Of a stretch of 64,000 nt of DNA, positions 26,644 to 39,100 are shown in pieces (the stretch's first letter is position 1; each line of letters opens with the position of its first letter). Position numbers and translations under genes: made by a program. The notes beneath the pieces are model-generated. The model worked only from the letters and a program-made list of their open reading frames with translations. It was not told the origin of the DNA and made no database searches. Source of the DNA: Lingula anatina (lineage: Eukaryota > Animalia > Brachiopoda); the NCBI GenBank assembly GCA_051362555.1, contig CM120641.1, positions 48,614,401 to 48,678,400 on the forward strand. Reading direction: 5' to 3'.

Positions 26644-29600
26644 TACACTCTACTTGAACCAGTAATGTATTGTATGTTCTTGTGATCTATTTTTTTTATT
26701 ATAATCTACTGTACATGTAAAATAAGTACAGGATTTCTGAAATGCATGGATGAAACTATTTTTAAAAAATTTTGGCCCAAGAAGTTTTCTCGTTCTCCCA
26801 CCCCTACCCCCCAACAATAAATCCTGTTTTGCTGTACTTACAGATGATTCCAGTAAAGAATATCTTAAAAAGGAATTCTGGTCTGGGTCTGATGCATTGC
26901 ATGTGTACACAATATGTCCAATGGATGCATTTTCTGAAACTTCCGCCCGGGCTTCTGGCACAGGGAAAGATGGCTTTTCATCATTGACATCTAGTATGTG
27001 AACTATTGCACTGCAGGACGCACTTCGCTGCGGGGTTCCCCTATCCAGTGCAAGGACTGTGAGGTTGTAGACATCCAGAGTCTCCCGGTCAAACCTGGCC
27101 CCTTTCTCCACTTTGATTTTCCCAGAGTTGGGCTCTATCCTAAACTTGTCCATCCCCCCACTCTCTATACGGTAGATGATGATACTGTTAGGATCACCAG
27201 GTTTATCAAGATCTGTTGCATTGACTTGTAATACAGTGTCACCTGGAAATAAACCAAAAAACTAGCTTTACATATGATATGAGCTGAAGGAAAGCTGTAC
27301 ATTCAACAGATTTGTTATCACATCAAGCTAATTCTAATATTATATACAAAAATACATAAATCAAATTCATTCACAAAAACTATTTTTGAAAATCAGAGGA
27401 AAAACAAGGCAGCAAAGCTGTCAAATGTACAGACAAAGAACAGAAAATAAAGATGCAAATAAGTGAAAAAATAAAATTTTCACAAAAAACTGTTAAATTG
27501 CCAGAAAAATTTACCAAACAGACTGCGTTGCCTATTGAAGCTGTATGTTAGACCCATGTTTCTTTCCTGTAAGTTTGAGAACAGTAAGTGACATGATTTC
27601 CCTTAAATGGTCATCATAGGAGCAGTGCCCAAAATAGGGGTTTCTTCAAATTTTGATGCAACATTACATAATGTTTAACAGCATAATGACAATCAAATGT
27701 TATTAATAAAATATTAGTAACATGGACATTCAGAAAATGTGACAAGCAAAAGTCTTCAAGATCATGGAACTTTAAAGTCACACCTTGAAAATGCCAATAT
27801 GTGAAAAATTAAATTTTCACAAAAAACTGTTTAACTGCCAAAATAAATAAATAAATAAATAAAAATACCAAACAGACTGCATTGCCTACTGAAGCTGTAT
27901 TTTAGTCCCATGTTTCTTTCCTGTACGTTTGAGAACAGTAACTGCAATGATATGAGTTTATTTCCATTTTTGACACTTTATTACACAATACATGATAACA
28001 AGTTTACCATGTTTTTTACATAATCAACTAACAATGTTGTAAAGATGCAGGAAATATCAAACAAACACTTTTAGGCATCTTATTAGTTAAATAATGAGAC
28101 TGTTAACATGCCTAATAATTGAATCTGAGGAAATGTGAAAAACAGTATAACTTCTAAAATAATGGCCTGATTATGCTGATTTTCGAACTCAACCTGCGTT
28201 TTAGTAAGATTGACCACTCCTGTGAGTATGATTACAATTGGCCAATCCGTTTTTCTTATATTGTGTTATCAGTGTTGTATTTATATTGAAAATAGTGAAA
28301 AAACAGCATAAATTCCCTAAAAATGGCCCAATCATGCTGATTTTCGAACTTGACCTGCGTATTATGAATATTCATCAGTTCTGTAAGTTTCAAGTCAAAA
28401 GGTAAAATGGTTTTCCACTTATCGTGTTATCGGTGCTGCATATATGCTGAAAAAAGTGAAAAAACAGCATAAATTCCTTAAAAGTGACCCGATCATGCTG
28501 ATTTTCGAACGTGACCTGCGTATTATGAATATTCATCAGTTCTGTAAGTTTCAAGTCAAAAGGTAAAATGGTTTTCCACTTATCGTGTTATCGGTGCTGC
28601 ATATATGCTGACAAAAGTGAAAAAACAGCATAAATTCCCTAAAAGTGACCCGATCATGCTGATTTTCGAACTTGACCTGCGTATTATGAATATTCATCAG
28701 TTCTGCAAGTTTCAAGTCAAAAGGTAAAATGGTTTTCCACTTATCGTGTTATCGGTAAAAGTGCACGGCGACGACGGCGACGACGGCGACGACAGACGCA
28801 GATGATGGCTATATGTACAGACACATCTGTGTCTGTACATAATAAACATCATAGTGGTTCAGTTATTAAGATTCAGTTTTAGTATTGTATCATGTAACTT
28901 TATATTTCCCATCACCATGACATCACGATGACATAACAATGACATTACAATGACATCACAATGACATTACAAAATTTAAATTAATGTGGGCAAACTGACA
29001 GTTATCCTGTATATGACATTCATTAGAATGAATTTTTACCATGATAAATAAAGAAAATAAGCCTAAATAAGATAATCCCCAATTTTTCAAGATGATGCAC
29101 ATCATCTAACCAAATGATATTAAAGGGCAGCACAAACCTGTTGTTGCATTCTCATATATTTCAGCTGTGTAACTCTTATTCACAAACACTGGGTCGTTAT
29201 CATTTTCATCCTAAAATGAGCAAATATTTACTTTTAATTTTGTTTACTTTTGATATAAAAGTATATGAGGAAATTGAGATATAGCAAATAAAAGTACATG
29301 AGGAAATTGAGATATTAGCAAATTTTAAATCCCTTGAGCTTTTTAAATACAACTAAAACAGAAGATTCTCTGGACAAGTAATAGATGGAGAAAATGGAAG
29401 GGTGGATAGATGGATGTGTGGATGGATGGTAAGAAGAAAGGATGAATGAAAGGACAAACAGAACAACTTACCACCACTTCTATGTCCACCTGTACCATAG
29501 CACTGAGAGGTGGGGAGCCCCAGTCAGTGGCCGTCACATTTAAATGGAACAAGCCGTCAGAGTTCCTGGGCATAGCCTCGTAGTTCAGGGGGCTGGCCAG

Positions 29601-30045
29601 GCTGATGCTCCCCGTGGTCGTGTCAATGGTAAAGTTCCTCAGGGGGTCTCCACCTGTGATGTTGTAGTACACTTTCCCATTCAGTCCAGAATCTTCATCT
29701 GTGGCCTGGGAAATAGAAACAAAACTTTAACCAACACTGTTCACATACACTTGTATAGATGTACGGATATACATACACATACAGTACACACAAAAATTCA
29801 TGCATGCCAACATAGGCAAACACAAATACATACACACACACAAGCACACTTCTATATACTTAGTAAAACGATTCTACAATCATGTGATGACATTAGAAGT
29901 ACAGGATTAAGAGAGGAATGGATTCCCTGCATCACACTAAAACTCTTGGTTAAAAAATTCCATATTTCAGCATTTCTGGAAAAGGATGGATTCAGAATTC
30001 CCTTGAATTTTCTCTGTAGGTGACCAGTACTTAGCAAATAAAACA

Positions 30046-30115
<70 letters not shown>

Positions 30116-33100
30116 AAAAATTTCCATAAAATAAATACAATTTAAAGAGTTCCAATCCTACCATACATACCTGGACTTGAATCTCCCTTTCAAAAGTTGT
30201 TGAGTTTTCTTTGACCACACCAGAGTATTTCTTCTGAGTAAAGCTGGGCGTGTTATCATTGGTGTCGTTCAGGACAACTTCGAGCTGTGTTGTACCTTTA
30301 AGTCCGCGGCCATCAGTGGCCTCAACGGTCATATAATATATGCTGGTCTTCTCAAAGTCAAGTTGGTTTTGACACTCTTCTGGAGACCCACAAGACACAT
30401 AGACCATGCCAGAGGTGGAGTTGATTGCAAAACTAAATATAGTAAAAAAAAAACCTTATTCAGCCAGGAAAAAATATCAAGTTTCCCATTTCAAAATTTC
30501 GTCTTTTTCAATGTCAAAAAAAAAAAAAAAAGAATTTATTGATTTAGAAATTGAGCAAATAAAAAAACTTTGATAAATTACAGGGCCCAGTTTTATAAAG
30601 GATGTTTAGCACTAACCAATAAATTCTCCTAAACCCTGTTAACTAAACGAGCGATGAAATTGTTTTATAAAGTGTTTAAACAGTCTGTTAGTTAATTAAA
30701 TAATTATTTTATCCAGTTAAACACTGGCCAGTTAACTAATTGGCTGTTTGAACACTGTTTATGAAAAACAATTTAACCATCTTTTAGTTAATGGGTGTTA
30801 GGAGAATTTATCCACTAGTTATGCTTATCCACTGGTTAATGCTAAACGTTCTTTATTAAAATGGGCCCAGGTCTTTTAATTCAATACTTACATACAATTA
30901 ACTTTCATAAGCAGAAAATATTCCCCATTCCTTAAACTCATTTTGCATTTTGTTCTTAAAGTCAAACAATATTAAGATTGAAACCACACACACTGCTTGT
31001 CATAAAATACACATTTTGGATAAAAAATCATCTTTACCATACTGCGCTCTATAGCAGAACTGTTGTTTATTACCTGTTGCTTCCACCCTGTAAACTATAA
31101 GTGATGTCCGAAAAATTACTGGCGGTGTCTTCATCAGTGGCCTGGAATGAAGAGGAAAAGGTGATCTTAAATCAAAATGTTTTGAGACAAAAATATAGTT
31201 TTATCCAAATACGTGGATCATGTATGCCAAAAACTTTCTTACTTTATTTTAGAGAATTTTTGGCAATGAAAATATGAGGCAGTAGCCAAATTCTCCCATA
31301 TATTTCATTTGAACAAGTTCAGAGAGAAGGTGTCACCATATTTAGTCCAAATGCAATTTAAATTTATATCCTATGAACTCATCTATATCTTTTTACCCAA
31401 GCCTCCATATGCCTACTCACAGTAATTGTTATCACATGGGTGCCATTTGGAGAATTCTCCAGGATAAATGCTATGTGCTCAGGGTTGGCAAACACTGGGG
31501 CGTTGTCATTTCTATCCAACACTGTTAACTCTATGGTGGCATTACTCGTCCTACGTTCAGCTGTTTGAGTTTCCTTGGCAACAATCTAAAATTACAAATA
31601 AAATCTCACTGTTTAACTCTTAGATTAGATTTATATCTTTATTTTAACATATTGCACCTCAAATGAACTGTTTATAATGTTAAGTGATGTATTTTTTATT
31701 ACAATTAATAATTAGAACTAATTCATAATACTATGCCACCACCGTAACTTGACTTAGTAATTTTCTAGGGAGCAAATTTCCAGTTTTTTACACTACACTG
31801 TACCTGGAATGTCACGCTCCTCGTCTTCTCAAAGTCCACGGCCGTTGCATTCTCCACTCGCACAATGACAATGGCTTCATTCACTGAGCGGCGCGGGGTG
31901 ACGGAGAAAGCAGAGTAATTCTGTCCATTTTTGGTGACATAAAGTTCAAAGGTACCATTGTCTCCCTAAAACATTCAATATTTCTTAACTTTACAATTTT
32001 ACTAGGGGCATACTCAGTGGATAATCCTCTACAAAACCTTTTCACAAAACAGAATACAAGTACTGTGTTTTTTATAAATGGCAGAATATATAACATAATA
32101 AAGTAATTAACTTCATTTATCTGTAACACGTAAGGGCAATCAAACACGTGACAAAACACAGGAATGATCATATAGGTATAAAATACAAGGAAATTCTTAC
32201 CAAATCCAGGTCTGTCACTCTGATATCAGAGTTATTTAATGTTATCGGGATCCCCTTCAACTGTTCCTCTACGGTAGCATAGTAAACACTTTGTCCAAAT
32301 GTTGGGGTCTCGTCATTGACATCTTGTACTGTGATGTAAACGGTTGCCTCGGTGCCATCTATAGTACTATTGATGCTGCTGCAATCATTGTTTGGATCAT
32401 ATTCTTGAGCCTACAATGGACAGATTTTGTGCAGCAGACAATTCATTATTAAAGGAAAACCAATATCCCCAGGCCCGTAGCCAGCAAAGTCAAAAGGGGG
32501 GTTCTTTTTCTGAAAAAGTGGACCTTTTATAATGAAACCTTTGTGTACCTAGATCAAATTGTACCCAGAATGGACCTTTTTCTGACAAAAAGTACAGTTC
32601 TTTCTAACCCCCCCTGGCTACGAGCCTGATCCCAAAGGATAACCAATACCAAAGGTATATATACAAGTGTAAATATAATAATATAAAAGTAAAACCTGCT
32701 GCATACTATCTCTGTCAATTTGAACTGATAGTGCCAGCACATCTTTAAGGAATGTATATGATGTGAACAAGACCTGAACAACTTGTTTATAAGCTATTAC
32801 GAATATTTATATCTGTTACAATTTAAACTTTTATCACACACAAGAAAGACACTGTTTCTACCTTCACTGTGAGCTGAAACACTCCACCCTTCTGAATAAC
32901 ATCTGGCTTGTCCCTGTCTAACTTTCTGCGTATTAGTATACTGCCATTGCTCCTCCCTATCCTGAAGTCTTCATAAGATGAAGTCAGGGCTCTCCCTACA
33001 ATGAGGAAACAAAAATAACATTTTCTTATAGAAATACATATAACTAACATTCTTAAAGACCTTGGTTGAATTATCTGTGGTTATAAAATGGCAAGGGTAT

Positions 33101-36100
33101 GGCAAATGATTGTGCTAGAGGAACTGAATTAAAACCGTTTTACTCTCTCTTTACTTGCTACATACCATTCACAAAACTGTAGCATATCTTATTTTTGATG
33201 ACCAAGCCTCGGTCTCCATCCTGCGCAAATACTCTCAAAACTTCTGCGCCCTAAAACAACATAAAAAAAAAACTTCTGTGTTACAAAAAATGTACAAACT
33301 TTACTAAATAGTGTAGGTATTTGACTCACTGGACCTTACTAAAAGACACCATTTCATTAACTCTGCGATCTTCCTTTTATGCTGTATGTTATACTACCTT
33401 CATTGTGCTGTATGTTATACTACCTTCATTGTGCTGTATGTTATATTACCTTCATTGTGCTATGTTATACTACCTTCATTGTGCTATGTTATACTACCTT
33501 CATTGTGCTGTATGTTATATTACCTTCATTGTGCTGTATGTTATACTACCTTCATTGTGCTGTATGTTATGTTACCTTCATTGTGCTGTATGTTGTGTTA
33601 CCTTCATTGTGCTGTATGTTACACTACCTTCATTGTGCTGTATGTTATATTACCTTCATTGTGCTGTATGTTATATTACCTTCATTGTGCTGTATGTAAT
33701 AAATAACATAATATTCTTATCTCAAATTGCTCTGCTATGATATGTACTCACCACTGGGGTGTCTTCAGGGATTGTAGCAGCATATGTAGGCTTCTCAAAA
33801 ACAGGCGGTTGGTCACCAGTGTCCTCTACATTTAGCACAATGGTACTGGTTGAGTTCCAGCCATACTGGTCCTATAAACAATAACAACATTTAGCACAAA
33901 TGCAAAAACAAATCTTGTTTATTAAGGATATCTTCATTATTTTACATTATTTTTCAGAAAAAATGCCTACAATAAGGGATTTCCCAGATATGACCTACCC
34001 TTGCCATTACTTTCAGCTGATATGTGGGTTTTTCTTCATAATCTAGGCTTTCAATCAGAGTAACTTCACCTGTTGTTTGATCTATTCTAAATTTGGACAT
34101 ATTCTGGCTGATGGAATCTGTGCTTTTCTGAAAAGTCAAATGAACACTGAGACATATTTCATCCAAGTAATTAACTCTTCAACCTGCATATTCTAATGCT
34201 CTCAAGACTGCAACATTTTTATATCAAAATTAAACTTGCTGTAAAATAATAATTCAATGTTAAATGAAATATTGATAACAACTGCTTCTTTTTAGTAAAT
34301 CACATAACATCTTATTTTAAACAAGTTTTCCATGATAACTGACCATCAAGTAAACCTGAGGACATTTTCTATACAAACATTTAAAACTGATAATTTAAAG
34401 AGGAAAGTCTGTACTTACGTCATAAAAATAATAGGTAGGAGGCCCATAGTCAAGATCAGTGGCATTTACATATAATATCGAAGAATTAATAGGAGTATCC
34501 TGAAGGGAGAGAATAACAGTGATACATAATAAGACAAAGTGATTCAAAATAAGATGTCATTTTTATCACTTTTAGCAGTTTCATTCATCATAACATATAA
34601 CAATAATAATAATAATAATAAAAATAATAATAAAAAATAATAATTGTTACCTCTGGTATGTCCCGTGTGTAGAGTGCTGTACTAAATAAAGGGGCATTGT
34701 CATTGACATTGACAACATAAACTGTCACTGTCCTGGTGAGCTATAAAGAAAAACATAGGAAATATTGCCACAGGTGACGCCTGACAGACACCTGACAGAC
34801 ACTTGACAAACATTTGACAGACACCTGACAAACATCTGACAGACATCTGATAGTCATCTGACAGACACCTGGCAAACATCTGACAGACACCTGGCAAACA
34901 TCTGACAAACATCTGACAGACATCTGACAGACACCTGGCAAACATCTGACAGACACCTGACAAACATCTGACAGACACCTGGCAAACATCTGACAGACAC
35001 CTGGCAAACATCTGACAGACATCTGACAGACATGCCTAGTTTGACAGAAAACGATGATCTCAACAAATATAAATTTGTTTTCTACATTTTCAAATGAAAA
35101 AGGAAGCATTAAGCCATATATTATGATTAAGTATCAATTGTTCAGAGTCAAATATTCAAAAGAACTGAAATCAATAAATAAATAATTTATCCCTTTTCAT
35201 ATACATTCCATATACATGTATCTGTCTTAAGCCCACCCTGATTATTATAAAAGCCATACATTTGTTACCTATATGCACTTACGTTGTTAATAGAAGCAAG
35301 CCCTGTTACTTACTGTATTGACTCCATCAGAAACTGTGAATCCCACATCAAACTGAGAACTTGTCTGTAAATATAAGCAAAACTGTCTTCATTTACTGTC
35401 ATCACCAATAAGAAAAGGGATATACTTCTAAATAAACTAAACAAACATTGCAATTATATAAATATAAATACTGAGAACCATACTGTATCAATCTCTAAAA
35501 CTTCTACCAATTCCACAAAGCAATGAGAGTACTAAAGTTCATACAATGCTTCAAAATGAAAATACATCACCTTATAATATACTTATATAATGTCAGCTAA
35601 AGGAAGAAACCATTTTAGTATTAGCAAGAACTAGAACTTCTGGAAAGAACTTTTAAAGGTAATTAATTTCTTACCTCATAATTAAGTTGACTTTTTAATG
35701 TAATATTTGACACAGCATTTCCAGGTGTTCTTGAAACCTGGACAAGTTTAAAATCAGACCCACTTGCACTGACAGAGAAGGTCAGTCTATCACCATCAGA
35801 GTCAGTGGCTCTTAATGTTCCCACTACAAATCCTGTAGAAATCAACAAATTAAAACTTGATTTCAGTGAAAAGGGATTATGATAGGTAGTTGTGGTCTAT
35901 GTGATCTCTATAAACTTGAACAATATTTTTTAGGAAAGAAACATATTTTTATGGACCCTTGCTAGATGTCACTGTGACTGTGCATGTGTGTGTGTGTGTG
36001 TGCAGGTATGTGTGCACATACGTACTCAGTACATGTGTTTGTCTGCAAGCATACAGGTATATGCATTCATGCACAAATGTACACCATACATATACCAATT

Positions 36101-39100
36101 CATAACTAAGCAACAAAAGCTATTATAAATATACAGGAATGACAAATAAATAAATCTTCTGGAATATATTTTAAATAATGACCAACAAAACAGAATTAGC
36201 TTTCCTAATACCCTATTCCATCTTCCGAGTGTTAAAAAAATTTAAAAAAAGAGTATATATCATCACCTACCTACAGGCCTGTCTTCCTTGATGACCAGTA
36301 TCGAGGGAGCAGTGAACTGAGGGGGGCTGTTTGTCTCCACTGGAATACATAGATACCACATATAATAAACAACAGTTCTATATAAAACAAAAATAACATG
36401 AAAGATAATTAATATTGCACTCTTGGTGGAATAATCATCTTATGAATTTTAATTTATAAATTAACCAATTATCAGGTGCTTTACAAGAAATACTTATTTA
36501 ATGGACCAGGTGTTGTCCAAACTTGATTTGTCTACCTTAAACTTGTTTGAAAATGTCTAATAATAAATCATGTAAAAGACAGGGGTCCCACTCTACTACA
36601 TATTGTATAAATTATTTTTCATGCTTATTTTCTTATACATCATATCACATTGGAACATCTCAAGGAAGGTAAAAAATTTAAAAGGATAAAATTTAAAAAA
36701 AAAATCATTTAAAATTATCAACAGCTATCTTTTGTCATGTACATGTAGTTGTCAACCAACTTTGATCAATCTTTATGCAGGTTCTAGTTGATGGCAAGGT
36801 ATTTTTGGTAGAAAGCAATTTTGTCACTGCTACACATCTACAGGGTGCAGAGACATTGGTTATACACCAATATACATATATGATTTAAGCTTCTACAGCA
36901 AGAGAAAATCTCAAGCTCACAACAAAGTGAGTAAAATAAACAAAGGCAGGATATATATTTTATTTCTTTGTTTAAAGGACAACTCTGAAAATTAAACGTT
37001 ATAATACTGTAGTAATACTTGAAGTGCATGAAGCTAGTATCAACAAGTAAGGCTGTGCTTTGTACTGTAGTAGACAGAAACCTGCATCAAACATGGTCAA
37101 TAGTATTTTAAGAATTTTAACAATTATAGTCTTCACACAAGTAAATAGAAATAGAAGCTAGAATATCTCACAATGAAAATAAGAAGAACTTGGAAGTTTT
37201 AAAACAGATTCAGAGCAGACCCAGAGCCATTGTTAGTTGTGATGAAACTTCAGGCACCACGTAATAATACTCTAGTATCAGAATATCTAAGTCCCTGAGT
37301 ATGAGAGAGTATTACCAGTAATATAGAACAAGACACAGTAATGTAAGAAATACAGAGTATTCAACCATTTTATATGTTATCCAGTGCTCTAGAAATTATA
37401 TAAATATTGGTATTTTATTAAATTATCACTGACACAAATACTACTATTTCTATAACAGATTGGTTAAGTTTTAGTTCATGCTGTTTTCAGTGGTTTTCCT
37501 TGTACAAATGTGTCCAGAACATCTGACAAACATACACAGGCTAATTTATAGGACAAAACATTTTGTAATTTTTTATCTAATCCTAAAATATTCTACAAGT
37601 AACCTCTTAATATCATCTTTCTACAAGTAACCCATTCATAATCTATGTTCTACCATTATAAATTTTATGACAAGACACCGTTCTGTTTTACCAAAACTTT
37701 CTCTAAGTAATTAAATAACTTGTCTTGATAATTCACCCATATCAAAATTTTCACGACGGTTTATTCTATTACCAGTAGTTTAAAATACACCACAGAAAAT
37801 ATTACAGTGATAATGTAGAGATAAAGTGTGGAAGAATGCACAAACTGTGAGTTGTTAATAGAATTGGGGGGTTAGTTGGACTACGGCACATTCTGCCACG
37901 CTGGTACCTACCTCCAAACTGACCACACACTAGATTGGGAAGGAAAGGAAATAATAAGAACTAAACCAAAAAATAAAAGACCAAGTAACTCAATCATATC
38001 AGTTAAGCCAACTCATTGGTTTTCAATTATAATTATTGCCAATATAATGAAAAAAATGTAAAAAAAAAAAAAAGATTCTGGTACTGTCATAATTTGTGAG
38101 AAAATTAAAGATTAAGTTGAGGGTTTTTTTTTAAATTGATATTCAAATATTTCTAGCCAATGAGCTGACCTGAAACAACATGTATAAGAGGATATTCTCA
38201 GAGACTGTGGAAACACAATATGCTTCATATGTATCTAGATCTATTTTCTGTACTGGAATCACATTTAATTTCTCTTTTTGATTTATTAACTGTAAAATGA
38301 AAATGTTAACATTCTGTGTAATTTCTTTGATAATAAAATCACTCTTCACTGAAATCGGTCAATGTTGGTATTTTCCAAATGTTGCTTTTTGATGAATTCC
38401 GAGTATAAAAGCCACAAAGTGATATCTGCTGACAATATCCTATGTAAAAGCTATGGAGAGCAAACAAGTATGGCTTCCTACATCTGTAGGAAAACACTCT
38501 GGTTTATTCACTCTTACTGAGAAAAATTGAAAGAATACAAATAAACAGCTTTAAAATACCAACAGTGAAATCAAAACATTCCTTAAAATCTTGCTAATGA
38601 AATAATTTTGTTAAATGAACAAAAATGTTCATTACTGGTAGCTTGGTAGTTGGATCATATACTAGTATGATTATTATAAAACAAGCCAAAATGTTTGTTT
38701 GGAACGTCCATGTTGGGCATAAGCTAATGGTATGAAAATATTCCTGTTTGTGTTTTATAATTATCACATAAATAATGCCCTGCTGACAAAAAAAAAAAAA
38801 AAAAAAAAAAAATTTTTAATAAAAAAATAAATAAAAATTCATACATTAAATAGGTTTTTTATTGTCTCTAATGAAAATTTAGCCAATAAAATAAGTTTGT
38901 TTCTAGAGAAAATAAGTTTGATTGGAAAAAGCTTGATCCATTAGAAATAATTTGCCTCATTTACCAAAAACTATGCTTCTCTATTCAATATTAGGTGATC
39001 AGTCAATATTTGTAAATGAGAGTATAACGATGCAGCTATACATATTGACATGTAGGTATATTTAGTATATGGGTACATCTATACAATTATATAGATATGT

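Noticed and set aside
24860-28841. Flanking repeats promoting circRNA of exon 26842-27242
   Set aside because: Copies are in direct, not inverted, orientation so they cannot pair across the exon
18969-30023. Plus-strand ORFs antisense to cadherin exons (18969, 21814, 22560, 26750, 26998, 29544)
   Set aside because: Shadow ORFs of the minus-strand coding exons
33321-33740. Overlapping Cys/Tyr-rich ORFs in three frames
   Set aside because: Artefact of the 26-bp minisatellite inside an intron
34700-35109. Cys-rich repetitive ORFs (RCLSDVCQ)
   Set aside because: Artefact of the 11-bp minisatellite
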